Below are positions 20,138 through 29,312 of a stretch of DNA of 64,000 nt, piece after piece. Position 1 is the stretch's first letter. Every line of letters begins with the position of its first letter. The translations under genes and the position numbers were made by a program. This DNA comes from a virus: the IMG/VR virus record IMGVR_UViG_3300045988_138996, positions 1-64,000 of that record. One strand, written 5' to 3'. A model generated the notes under the pieces. That model did no database searches, had not been told where the DNA came from, and was given only the letters and a program-made list of their open reading frames with translations.

Positions 20138-20545
20138 ATGTCTAAATACGTACGTCAACAAATTGAAACTTTATCTGATGTGGATCAAAATGTATTCATG
20201 CAAATGATGCAAGACGATCGTTTTGAAAAAGGCTTTACTGTCGACTTCGACGATAAACGCCTTGCCGACAATTACTATGGTGTAACAGTACCAAAAGATC
20301 AACGAGACGTTGATTGCACTGTTCGTATCGATGGTAAAACTCAAGTCGGTCTTGTATTCAAAGAAGACGGTAAACTTGAAATCCGTGGTGATTTCTGGGG
20401 CACTAACATGTCTTTGAAAACTTTGTCTGAACAATTGGGTATGTTGTATCAAGCATATAACTTTGCTTATCAATTGGACGCTATGAATTTCATGGGTCAA
20501 ATCGAACAAACTCAAGATTATATCGAACTTACTTATACTCGATAA
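20138..20545 (+). CDS. DUF1257 (Ycf35)-like protein
   Basis: Size and pattern recollection only. It sits between the AAA+ ATPase and the DUF2997-like ORF, as in known DUF1257/DUF2997 gene pairs. Confidence 0.4.
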   Translation: MSKYVRQQIETLSDVDQNVFMQMMQDDRFEKGFTVDFDDKRLADNYYGVTVPKDQRDVDCTVRIDGKTQVGLVFKEDGKLEIRGDFWGTNMSLKTLSEQLGMLYQAYNFAYQLDAMNFMGQIEQTQDYIELTYTR

Positions 20546-20555
20546 TATAAATAAT

Positions 20556-20590
20556 AAGGGGTCGTTTTTCGGCCCCTTTTATTTATTTTT
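20556..20590 (+). terminator. intrinsic terminator
   Basis: GGGGTCG-TTTTT-CGGCCCC hairpin followed by TTTTATTTATTTTT. Confidence 0.65.
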
Positions 20591-20619
20591 TTAGTTAATC
20601 AGAAAAGGAAGATTTAAAA

Positions 20620-20808
20620 ATGCAAGAAATTAAAATTCGTATTACAAAAGACGGTCAAGTTACATATGAAACTCAAGGTTTTCAAGGTCAATCTTGTGAA
20701 CAAATTGTTCAACAAGTAATGGTATCTAACGGTAAAGTCGAAGAAGATACTAATAAACCAGAATACTATGATAGTGTTCCTGAATTTATTAATAACATTG
20801 GCCAATAA
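20620..20808 (+). CDS. DUF2997-like small protein
   Basis: IKIRITKDGQVTYETQGFQGQSCEQ...KPEYYD matches the remembered DUF2997 pattern. Confidence 0.5.
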   Translation: MQEIKIRITKDGQVTYETQGFQGQSCEQIVQQVMVSNGKVEEDTNKPEYYDSVPEFINNIGQ

Positions 20809-20823
20809 TAAATAAGGAAAATA

Positions 20824-20851
20824 AGCCGGCAGTTAATTCTGCTGGCTTTTA
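20824..20851 (+). terminator. intrinsic terminator
   Basis: AGCCGGCAG / CTGCTGGCT 9-bp stem (one G:U) followed by TTTT. Confidence 0.6.
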
Positions 20852-20915
20852 TATATTTTAATAGTTTAGGCATATAGCCTGCTATATGTTTTATATTATA
20901 AATATAGGAGGCTTT

Positions 20916-22883
20916 ATGTCTAAGTTATTAGAAGGTTTAAATGAACAACAATTACCTGTAGCAAAACGTATCGAAGGAAAATTTATCGTTAATGCTGGCG
21001 CAGGATCTGGTAAGACTTCAACGATTGTTACTCGTACTGCTTATATGATCGAACAAGGTATCGATCCTGCAAATATTTTAATGTTTACGTTTACTCGTAA
21101 AGCAGCACTCGAAATGAAAGAACGTATGATCGCTAAAATCGGTGCAATTGCTAAACCAGTAACAGTTTGCACATATCACTCTTTTAGCTCTATGTTATTA
21201 AGAAAATTTTCCTATCTTATTGGATATGAAAATAACTTCACAGTATGTGATGCTGACGAGAGCGAAAAAATTATTAAAGATATTTGTGGTTCCAATATTA
21301 AATTAAAAGACGTTGCGGTCACTATGATCGGTCAATGGAAAACACAAGGTTTAACATATACTGAAGCTAAGCAAGATAAAGAAATCCAAGCTAATTTTAC
21401 ATTGGCTGCTGATGTATATGAAAAGTATCAACGCAAATTAGAATCCGAAAATATGATGGATTTTAATGATTTAACTATGTTAGCTGCTCGTATTTTGAAT
21501 AACTATACAGAAGTGCAACAATACGTATGGAATAAATATAAATATGTTATAGTCGATGAAGCCCAAGATAGCGCAGTTTCTAACTGGTATTTCATTAATA
21601 AGATCGCTGAAGGTAATGAAAACTTATGCATGGTTATGGATAATAATCAAAGTATTTATGCATTCCGTGGTGCTGAAATCGATTTCATCTGTAAACAAAT
21701 TGTCGAAGGTAGTTTCGATCAATATGTATTAGAACAAAATTATCGTTCGACAAGCAACATCGTTAATGCAAGTAATGCCGTTGTCGACAACAATCCAGCT
21801 ATTATTAAGAAAGAAGCATTTAGTAAACAAGATGCTGGTACTAAAATTTACGTTAAACAAGTTAATGATCAAACTGCTGAATCTGAATATGTCGTAAGAA
21901 GTATTCATGCCGCAGTTAAAGGTGGTCTTAACTATAAAGATATTTGTATTTTAGCTAGAACTAAACGTCAGTTTGAAATTTTTGAAAAAACATTTTTAAA
22001 ATGTGCAATTCCTTATACATTAGTAAGTGGTTTACCATTTTGTAATCGTAAAGAAATTAAAGATATTCTAGCTGTATTAAGATTACTATTAAATAATAAA
22101 GACGAAGAAGCGTTAAAACGTATCATTAATATTCCTAAATGTGGTATTGGCGACGCATCCTTTAATAAATTAATGTTAGAATGTGGTGAATCTAGCGTTA
22201 TCGAAAAAGTTAAGAAAAATGTAATGTTATTAAAAGGCAAAGCTAAAAAAGGCGCCGAAACATTCTTAAAGAAATTTGATAAAGTTGTAAAATTTGCTCA
22301 AGAAAATGTTGAACCTGCTTTGATTATCGAATATTATTTAAATGAATTTGATTATAAAAATTATTTAATCGAATCGTATAGATCTGAAGAAGATAAAGAA
22401 AAAAATGACGAAGATAAAACTCAAAACGAAGCTTGGACTCGTCAAAAAAATGTCGATGAATTAATTCGTATTGCAGAAGAATATGATTGTGTGAGCAATC
22501 TATTAGAATCGACATTAGGTTTCGATGAAGAATCTATCGAAGAAGAAGAACGTGATGCTGTTAACCTTATGACTATTCATGCATCTAAAGGTCTTGAATT
22601 CGATATGGTATTTATCGTTGGCGGTAACGAAGGGTTATTCCCTCATCAAAATTCTTTAAACGATATTGCACAAATTCAAGAAGAACGTCGTCTATGGTAT
22701 GTAGCTATGACACGTGCTAAAAGCATTTTAAGTATTTCTTACTTTAATTTATATAAACAATTTGGTCAAACTAAAGTGTTAAAAGGCAGTCGTTTTATCG
22801 AAGAGATCCCGACAGAATTTAAAAAAGAAAGTTTAATGGAATCTAAAAAAGTTAAAGTTGAGAATATTGATAATTTATTTTAA
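20916..22883 (+). CDS. UvrD/PcrA/Rep-type SF1 DNA helicase
   Basis: AGAGSGKTSTIV, TFTRKAA.EM, VDEAQDS, NYRST, TIHASKGLEFD, YVAMTRAK. Start moved from track 20886 to ATG 20916, which follows AGGAGG. Confidence 0.9.
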   Translation: MSKLLEGLNEQQLPVAKRIEGKFIVNAGAGSGKTSTIVTRTAYMIEQGIDPANILMFTFTRKAALEMKERMIAKIGAIAKPVTVCTYHSFSSMLLRKFSYLIGYENNFTVCDADESEKIIKDICGSNIKLKDVAVTMIGQWKTQGLTYTEAKQDKEIQANFTLAADVYEKYQRKLESENMMDFNDLTMLAARILNNYTEVQQYVWNKYKYVIVDEAQDSAVSNWYFINKIAEGNENLCMVMDNNQSIYAFRGAEIDFICKQIVEGSFDQYVLEQNYRSTSNIVNASNAVVDNNPAIIKKEAFSKQDAGTKIYVKQVNDQTAESEYVVRSIHAAVKGGLNYKDICILARTKRQFEIFEKTFLKCAIPYTLVSGLPFCNRKEIKDILAVLRLLLNNKDEEALKRIINIPKCGIGDASFNKLMLECGESSVIEKVKKNVMLLKGKAKKGAETFLKKFDKVVKFAQENVEPALIIEYYLNEFDYKNYLIESYRSEEDKEKNDEDKTQNEAWTRQKNVDELIRIAEEYDCVSNLLESTLGFDEESIEEEERDAVNLMTIHASKGLEFDMVFIVGGNEGLFPHQNSLNDIAQIQEERRLWYVAMTRAKSILSISYFNLYKQFGQTKVLKGSRFIEEIPTEFKKESLMESKKVKVENIDNLF

Positions 22884-22936
22884 TTTTAAGCGTAATATAA
22901 TAGTACGGTTAAGATTTAAATAAAAGGATATTCTCT

Positions 22937-23563
22937 ATGCAATTTGTTAAATTATTATTTAAAACACTGAAAGAATTTTATACTAAGCATAAGATAATAT
23001 GCTGGGTTATATTAGCAATTATTATTATGATAGTAACTAATTTATTTCAGTATTTTGTCGATCAAAAAAAATATGAGGATTTTGATCGCAAACATCATGT
23101 AACTAGCTATAGCCTTGAAGATCAAAAGAATATGTCTTATAATGACAAACTTACTTTTGATAATATGCGGAGAGGGCTAATAAATGAAAGAAGCGCTCCG
23201 GTCGTTCAAGAAGTAGTTAGAACTCAATATGTATATGGTCAAGAACCTCAAACTGTATTTAAAGAAGTTCAATACGTTGCTCGTGGCGGAGAATCTAATA
23301 TTATTAGTCAAAAGACACAAGAAGCGATTCGTGGTAAAGCTGACGAAACTAAAATTATCGAAGAAGAAAAAAGTGTCGACGTATATAAGATTAATCACGA
23401 GAAAAAATTTAAATTAAAAGTCGGAGCTACTTATCTAGACGGTAAAGGCTATATGAACTATGGCGTTCAATATAAACGTGTCGAAGGTATTGTTCATACT
23501 AAAGATATGAATCCAAGTCATATCGATGGCGGTACAGTAATGTGGACGGCATATCAACGATGA
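22937..23563 (+). CDS. membrane-anchored hypothetical protein
   Basis: ORF track; one N-terminal hydrophobic segment (ICWVILAIIIMIVTNLF). Confidence 0.45.
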   Translation: MQFVKLLFKTLKEFYTKHKIICWVILAIIIMIVTNLFQYFVDQKKYEDFDRKHHVTSYSLEDQKNMSYNDKLTFDNMRRGLINERSAPVVQEVVRTQYVYGQEPQTVFKEVQYVARGGESNIISQKTQEAIRGKADETKIIEEEKSVDVYKINHEKKFKLKVGATYLDGKGYMNYGVQYKRVEGIVHTKDMNPSHIDGGTVMWTAYQR

Positions 23564-23868
23564 TGTGTCAGAAACTAATAAGCCCTAATGAATTATTAAA
23601 CCAGTATATTAAAGAAACTGGTATGACAACAAAAGAATGGGCTACGATATTAGATGTACCTTATAGAAAATTAAAATTAATAAGAATCGGCGCAGAGGAT
23701 GTCGATCTTACATTACTAACAAAATTAAGTATGGCTACTAAAACTTCATATCGTACATGGAGCGATTGCTTTTGGGCATATAAAGCTTATGTCTATAGCC
23801 AAGCAATACTAGATAAACTTCCGACAAAACTTAAGAAAACTATTAATAAATTAATAGGATATGAATAG
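23560..23868 (+). CDS. hypothetical protein, possible HTH
   Basis: ORF track 23542..23868; ATG 23560 overlaps the upstream TGA (ATGA); TKEWATILDVPYRKL resembles an HTH. Confidence 0.35.
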   Translation: MMCQKLISPNELLNQYIKETGMTTKEWATILDVPYRKLKLIRIGAEDVDLTLLTKLSMATKTSYRTWSDCFWAYKAYVYSQAILDKLPTKLKKTINKLIGYE

Positions 23869-23896
23869 ACGGTCTCATTGAGGCCGTCTTTTTTTA
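23867..23896 (+). terminator. intrinsic terminator
   Basis: AGACGG..CCGTCT stem with an inner CTC/GAG helix, followed by T7. Confidence 0.65.
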
Positions 23897-23916
23897 TTGC
23901 AATAAAGGAATAAAAA

Positions 23917-26145
23917 ATGAGAGACTTAATTATTATGCGTGGCTGTCCAGGTTGCGGCAAAAGTACAGCTATTGAAGAATCTGGTCTTAAAGATTATGTA
24001 TTAAGTCCAGACGATATTCGATTAATGTTGCGTGCTCCAGAAGTAAACGAAGATAGTGAATATCGTATTAGTCAACAAGACAATGCATTAGTATTTAAAA
24101 TGTTGGATGAAATGCTTGTTCACCGTATGGAAAATGGATCGCCAACAATTATCGATGCGACCCATTGTAGTTCTGGTAAATGGCATACTAAACAAATTAA
24201 TCGATATCGCGATTTAGCTAAACAATATAAATATCGATTATTTTATTGGGAGCCAGAACGTGAAGATGTCGAAGTGTATGTCGAACGAAATAAATATCGT
24301 GATGAATTAAATAGAGTTCCAGAAAATATAATTCGTAATATGTATCATAATTGGGAAACAATTAATTTACCAAAAGATTTTACTAAATTAGAAAAATTAA
24401 GATTTCGTGATGATTTTAGTAACTTAGTAAAAGATACGGCAAAAACATATGATCAAGTTATTATCGTTGGCGATATTCATGGTTGTAATACAGCATTACA
24501 AGAATTAATTAAAGAACACGATATCAAAGACGAAAAGAATTTGTATGTTTTTGTTGGCGATTATTTTGATCGTGGTATCGAAAATTTAGAAGTATTAGAT
24601 ACTTTATTTGACGTTGCCGAACAAAAAAATGTTATCTTACTGGAAGGCAATCATGAAGCTCATTGGGCCGACTGGGCTTTCAATCGAGATGAAGATCGTG
24701 ATGATAATGGCATGATCCGCTTTAAAGAAACAACATTAAAACAATGGCAAACAAAATATACGAGTGAAAAAGATCTTAAGAAGCAATTAAGAATTTTATA
24801 TCGTAAAATGTTACCAGCTTATTTCTTTAAATTTTTAAATAAAGAATATATCGTAACGCATGCCGGATTAGGTTGTTTGCCAAGACAAAATATGGCTGCA
24901 TGGCAATATATTAATGGTCATGGCGGTTACGATTTTGAAATAACACAAGCTTATGAATCTCGTGCTAATTTTGACGGATATCCAATTCAAATATTCGGAC
25001 ATCGTCGAGCATTAACGACAAAACATTCGATTGCTCTAGAAGGCCAAGTTGAATTCGGCGGGTTTTTGAAATATCTCGTTATTAATAAAGATGGTCATGA
25101 AGTGTATCAAATTAAAAACGAAGTATATAACAAAAATTATTTGAAAATTGAAAATGAATTATCTAAATATTTTAAAGGTACTTATATTGCAACATTAGAT
25201 GAAGAAGTAAATGCTATTGCTAATAGTCGTCATATTATTGCTAAAAAATTACCTGATAATTTAATGAGCCTAAACTTTAATAAAGGTACATTCTATCATG
25301 CTATATGGAATGATTTAATAGTAAAAGCTCGAGGTTTGTTTGTCGATCAAACTACAGGAGCTGTTAAGGCGAGGAGTTATAATAAATTCTTTAATTTTGG
25401 CGAACGTGGCGATGAACAAGAAGAATTTAATAATTTAGTGTATCCTGTTCATATTTCTCGAAAAGAAAATGGTTTCTTAGGCATTATTTCATGGGACGAA
25501 GAACATCAAAAAATTATCTTTGCAAGTAAGTCGACGACACAAGGCAATTTTGCTCCGATGATCAGAGATGTATGGGATCGATGCTTAGAACATAACCGAG
25601 ATTTGATTATTAATCTATGTAAAAAATATAATGCAAGTGCTGTATTTGAAGTATGTCATCCTGGTGACAATACACATATGATTGATTATAAAGGCAAAAA
25701 ACATTTATTCTTATTAGATTTTATCCCGAATCAGTTACATCTTAACGGTGTTAATATCGATATTGAATTTTCCGATAAGCTTTGTAAAGAATTTATCGAT
25801 AATTATAAACCTGAAAAAGATAGTCTTATGGCTTGTACCTTAAATATTAAAGCTAATTGTCGTGAACAGTTAGAACATTATATTAAAAGTATTTTTATGG
25901 CAGAACCAAAAACAGAAGGATATGTTATTACCGATGCGACTGGCAAAATGTATAAACAAAAATTTCCTTATTATTTAATTTGGAAACGCCGTCGTTATTA
26001 TTTAGATTGTATTAAGAGTGGTAAAGAATTACCAGAAATTGATTTACAAGATGATATAGACTTTGTTAATTTTATTAAAGATAAAAACTTTAATACGATT
26101 ATCGAAGCTAGAAAGGCATATATGGAAAGGAATAATCATGCCTAA
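23917..26145 (+). CDS. Pnkp-like RNA repair enzyme: polynucleotide kinase + metallophosphatase + RNA ligase-like domains
   Basis: P-loop MRGCPGCGKST; phosphoesterase motifs VGDIHGC, GDYFDRG, GNHE, THAG, GHR; C-terminal KENGFLG (ligase motif I-like KxxG). Confidence 0.65.
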   Translation: MRDLIIMRGCPGCGKSTAIEESGLKDYVLSPDDIRLMLRAPEVNEDSEYRISQQDNALVFKMLDEMLVHRMENGSPTIIDATHCSSGKWHTKQINRYRDLAKQYKYRLFYWEPEREDVEVYVERNKYRDELNRVPENIIRNMYHNWETINLPKDFTKLEKLRFRDDFSNLVKDTAKTYDQVIIVGDIHGCNTALQELIKEHDIKDEKNLYVFVGDYFDRGIENLEVLDTLFDVAEQKNVILLEGNHEAHWADWAFNRDEDRDDNGMIRFKETTLKQWQTKYTSEKDLKKQLRILYRKMLPAYFFKFLNKEYIVTHAGLGCLPRQNMAAWQYINGHGGYDFEITQAYESRANFDGYPIQIFGHRRALTTKHSIALEGQVEFGGFLKYLVINKDGHEVYQIKNEVYNKNYLKIENELSKYFKGTYIATLDEEVNAIANSRHIIAKKLPDNLMSLNFNKGTFYHAIWNDLIVKARGLFVDQTTGAVKARSYNKFFNFGERGDEQEEFNNLVYPVHISRKENGFLGIISWDEEHQKIIFASKSTTQGNFAPMIRDVWDRCLEHNRDLIINLCKKYNASAVFEVCHPGDNTHMIDYKGKKHLFLLDFIPNQLHLNGVNIDIEFSDKLCKEFIDNYKPEKDSLMACTLNIKANCREQLEHYIKSIFMAEPKTEGYVITDATGKMYKQKFPYYLIWKRRRYYLDCIKSGKELPEIDLQDDIDFVNFIKDKNFNTIIEARKAYMERNNHA

Positions 26146-26626
26146 TTGGTTAGAAGGCATCGTTAAATTTCGTAGTAAATATAACGATATAAAAAAATTC
26201 TTAGAAGAAGAATTAATCGAAATCGATATGGATTTCACACAAGATCCACCAGTATCCATTATTAGTAATAATGTTACGACTGATGAATATGGCGACATTC
26301 AAGGCATTAGTGTTAGTAATACTTGGTTTAAAACATTTAAACGAGCTTACATTAGTGAAATGTGGTCTTATTCTATTTATGAAGATGATGGCAATAGTGA
26401 TAGAATCTTTTGTGCTAATGTAAAAAGCGCATGGGATTTAAGTATCGAAGAAGTATTAGAAGTGGCCAAATTATATCATATCGATATTAAAGGTCATATG
26501 TTTGAATCTGGTATGTGCTTCGAACGAGATTTTGAGGTCGATCGTAACGGCAATACTATTAAATATGAAGCTGTTGAACATAATAATTATACTTGGGATT
26601 CTATTAATCCATTAATAGGTGGTTAA
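26138..26626 (+). CDS. hypothetical protein
   Basis: ORF track 26063..26626; preferred start is ATG 26138, which overlaps the end of the upstream gene. Confidence 0.45.
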   Translation: MPNWLEGIVKFRSKYNDIKKFLEEELIEIDMDFTQDPPVSIISNNVTTDEYGDIQGISVSNTWFKTFKRAYISEMWSYSIYEDDGNSDRIFCANVKSAWDLSIEEVLEVAKLYHIDIKGHMFESGMCFERDFEVDRNGNTIKYEAVEHNNYTWDSINPLIGG

Positions 26627-26627
26627 T

Positions 26628-26912
26628 ATGGAAAACGTAGAAATTACTATTAATGATGACGGCACTAGAACAATACATATGTATTATGCTGTCGTTCAAA
26701 AAAAGGGTCAAGATTGGTCATATTGTGAAATCAATTTTGGTATTAGTAATAAAGATATTCCAGATGGCTCTTTAGAAAAAATTAATACTATGTATATGAA
26801 TTTCTTCTTCGAAGAATTAAAATTTTATGACGCTAGACTCTGTACAAAAGAAGAATATTTAACCTCTTGTGATGAAACTAAATATGATTGTCAGCATTGG
26901 GAAGTTAAATAA
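26628..26912 (+). CDS. hypothetical protein
   Basis: ORF track 26619..26912; ATG 26628 follows AGGTGG. Confidence 0.45.
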   Translation: MENVEITINDDGTRTIHMYYAVVQKKGQDWSYCEINFGISNKDIPDGSLEKINTMYMNFFFEELKFYDARLCTKEEYLTSCDETKYDCQHWEVK

Positions 26913-27211
26913 TGGAAGTCTATTACGACATTAAGCTGAGAAAGAAATGGATTAAAATCCTCGATACGTTTATATATAAATATAGTAATAGCTGTAATTT
27001 AGATATTCTTATATGTGAAACTAATAAAAAGAATATATATGGTGAAGCTATATTTGATAATAAATCGGCATTAATTAAAATTAATTTTAATGTTGGCGAT
27101 ATCGAGGATACGTTTATCCATGAATTAGCTCATTGTATTAGTCAAGAACGATCTCATAAATTAGCATGGCGTCGTTGTTATAGGAGATTAAATGAATTTA
27201 ATAATGGATAA
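26912..27211 (+). CDS. small HExxH zinc-metallopeptidase-like protein (SprT-like)
   Basis: FIHELAHCI motif. Confidence 0.4.
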   Translation: MEVYYDIKLRKKWIKILDTFIYKYSNSCNLDILICETNKKNIYGEAIFDNKSALIKINFNVGDIEDTFIHELAHCISQERSHKLAWRRCYRRLNEFNNG

Positions 27212-27428
27212 AGTTACCGGAATTTTTACTGGATGCTTGATTATTCTTTTATTTGCTTCTTTGTTCTCATTATTTTATACATTAACGTTAGATAAAGACG
27301 GAATTATTTTTAAGTATTTAAATAAAACTTTTTTAGTTTTATCAATAATTTCAGCTATCTTTTTAATATTAGTTGCAATATATTTATTAATATTTGCAAT
27401 GGTTAAAACAACTATGTTTTTATTGTAG
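27192..27428 (+). CDS. small membrane protein (two TM segments)
   Basis: Hydrophobic stretches in the ORF-track protein. Confidence 0.4.
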   Translation: MNLIMDKVTGIFTGCLIILLFASLFSLFYTLTLDKDGIIFKYLNKTFLVLSIISAIFLILVAIYLLIFAMVKTTMFLL

Positions 27429-27437
27429 GAGGTGTAT

Positions 27438-27851
27438 ATGGGCAATAGAGCAGTTATTACATGGAAAGAAGATCCTAGTATTCACGATGATAAATCATTA
27501 GGTATTTATGTTCACTGGAATGGTGGCCTTGATAGTGTAACAGCATTTTTAGAATATTGTAAACGATCTGGATTTAGAGAACCTGATTATGATGATTATG
27601 GATATGCTCGATTAGTTCAAGTTATTTGTAATTATTTGTCTGATCGTGACGGATTAAGTGTCGGTATCGACACATTAGATAAACTTGATCTTGAAGGAGA
27701 TAACGGTACATACATCTGTAAAGGCTGGAAGATCGTTGATCGTAAATATGCTCCGAGCAAAAATATTGAATTCTGTGATCGAGATTATATCGAGAATATG
27801 ATCGAATCAATCGATGAATCGATGCCAAACGGAATGAAAATTTTAAAGTAG
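27438..27851 (+). CDS. hypothetical protein
   Basis: ORF track 27432..27851; ATG 27438 follows AGGAGG. Confidence 0.45.
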   Translation: MGNRAVITWKEDPSIHDDKSLGIYVHWNGGLDSVTAFLEYCKRSGFREPDYDDYGYARLVQVICNYLSDRDGLSVGIDTLDKLDLEGDNGTYICKGWKIVDRKYAPSKNIEFCDRDYIENMIESIDESMPNGMKILK

Positions 27852-27859
27852 GTGAATAT

Positions 27860-28633
27860 ATGAAAGGCTATGAAACGATTTCATATCCAGAAGTTAAAAC
27901 AGATTTAGAAGCAGGTAAATGTAAAAAAGTTGAAAACTTTTACGTATATCCAGATAAAATTGTAAATCCGACCGATCATTATGGTTTTCGTATCGTTAAA
28001 GGTACATACGACAAGATTAGAGGATATGTCGTAACGACTCCACAAAGTTTAGCTAGATATTCTGTAGCTCATTTAAAAGCTCGAGCATTTTTGATTGGAG
28101 ATTCAAAAGAAAAGTTTTTCGTGTCTTTTAAAGATGGTAATCCAGCTAATAATAATTTAGATAATTTAGAAGTACGATATATTAAAAAGAAATTCTGTAA
28201 ACATTGTGGTAAGAAAATGAAATACGATGCTTTACATGAATATTGTTTAGATTGTCGTATGGAACATACAGAATATAGCAAAACTAATGATCGCAAATTA
28301 GAACGACGTAAAGATCTGTTAAAAGATATCGATATCGAAGCTCTTGAAAAAAAACAAAAAGAGCGCGCCAAACTATATCTTGAAGGTTGGACGCTTCATG
28401 CAATTGCTAAAAAACTCAATGTAACACGTCAAGCAGTCGATCAGTCAATTAAAAATATTGCTAAAAATAACAAAGAAGCAAAACGTATGCAACGTAAACT
28501 TACTAAAGTTAATAAAGAAATTCAATTATTAAATTCTAAGATTGAAAAGTATCGACAAAAGATTGATCGATGTCAAGAAGAAATAAATATAAAACAAGTC
28601 TACTATAATTCTTTATTAGAAAAAACAGTTTAA
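27860..28633 (+). CDS. HNH_3-like (degenerate) domain protein with sigma-70 region-4-like HTH and C-terminal coiled coil
   Basis: VSFKDGNPANNNLDNLEV (HNH_3 pattern with Phe where the His is expected); LYLEGWTLHAIAKKLNVTRQAVDQSIKNI. Confidence 0.4.
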   Translation: MKGYETISYPEVKTDLEAGKCKKVENFYVYPDKIVNPTDHYGFRIVKGTYDKIRGYVVTTPQSLARYSVAHLKARAFLIGDSKEKFFVSFKDGNPANNNLDNLEVRYIKKKFCKHCGKKMKYDALHEYCLDCRMEHTEYSKTNDRKLERRKDLLKDIDIEALEKKQKERAKLYLEGWTLHAIAKKLNVTRQAVDQSIKNIAKNNKEAKRMQRKLTKVNKEIQLLNSKIEKYRQKIDRCQEEINIKQVYYNSLLEKTV

Positions 28634-28636
28634 CTG

Positions 28637-28665
28637 TTGACTAATGAATGTTAATAGTGTATATT
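28637..28665 (+). promoter_or_regulatory. sigma-70-type promoter for the HU gene
   Basis: TTGACT - 17 nt - TATATT. Confidence 0.45.
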
Positions 28666-28710
28666 AACTATAGACTTAATAAATAATTTTGTTTTAAGAG
28701 GTAATTAACA

Positions 28711-28989
28711 ATGAACAAAAAAGAACTTGCTACTAAACTTGTAGAAAAAGAATTGGTATCTACTAAAACAGCTGCAGAAGTTATTGTAAACGAAGTATTT
28801 GCTACTATCGTCGAAGAAGTTAAAAAAGGCGAAAAAGTCGCAATTGCTGGTTTCGGCTCCTTTGAAAAAGGTGAACGTGCCGCTCGCGAAGGCCATAACC
28901 CTGCAACTGGCGAAAAAATTCATATTGCAGCATCTCATACTTTTAAATTTAAAGTATCTAAAACAGTTAAAGATGCATTGAATGCATAA
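28711..28989 (+). CDS. hup: HU/IHF-family DNA-binding protein
   Basis: MNKKELA..., GFGSFEKGERAAREGHNPATGEKI.I.AS....FK. Confidence 0.9.
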   Translation: MNKKELATKLVEKELVSTKTAAEVIVNEVFATIVEEVKKGEKVAIAGFGSFEKGERAAREGHNPATGEKIHIAASHTFKFKVSKTVKDALNA

Positions 28990-28999
28990 TTAAATAATT

Positions 29000-29026
29000 A
29001 GCGGTATCGAAAGGTACCGCTTTTTT
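29000..29026 (+). terminator. intrinsic terminator
   Basis: GCGGTA-TCGAAAGG-TACCGC followed by T6. Confidence 0.7.
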
Positions 29027-29040
29027 AATGGAGTAATAAC

Positions 29041-29286
29041 ATGTATGATTTTGTATTAATGTTTACTAAAATCAGATACGCTAAAGAATTCGAAGAACGA
29101 CTTAAAGCTTCTGAATATAGTAAATATTTTAATGGCTATGATGATGTCGCTTCGATTTTATTAAGCGGCGAAGCAACCGATATTAAAGATTTTTGGAACA
29201 CTATAATCAAGATTATCGATAAATATGTTGACAGTATCGAAACATTAGATCAAGATAGCCGAGAGTTTTATAGTTTAACATTTTAA
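29041..29286 (+). CDS. hypothetical protein
   Basis: ORF track. Confidence 0.4.
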   Translation: MYDFVLMFTKIRYAKEFEERLKASEYSKYFNGYDDVASILLSGEATDIKDFWNTIIKIIDKYVDSIETLDQDSREFYSLTF

Positions 29287-29312
29287 CTATTATATAAAAG
29301 GAGTATTCTGAT

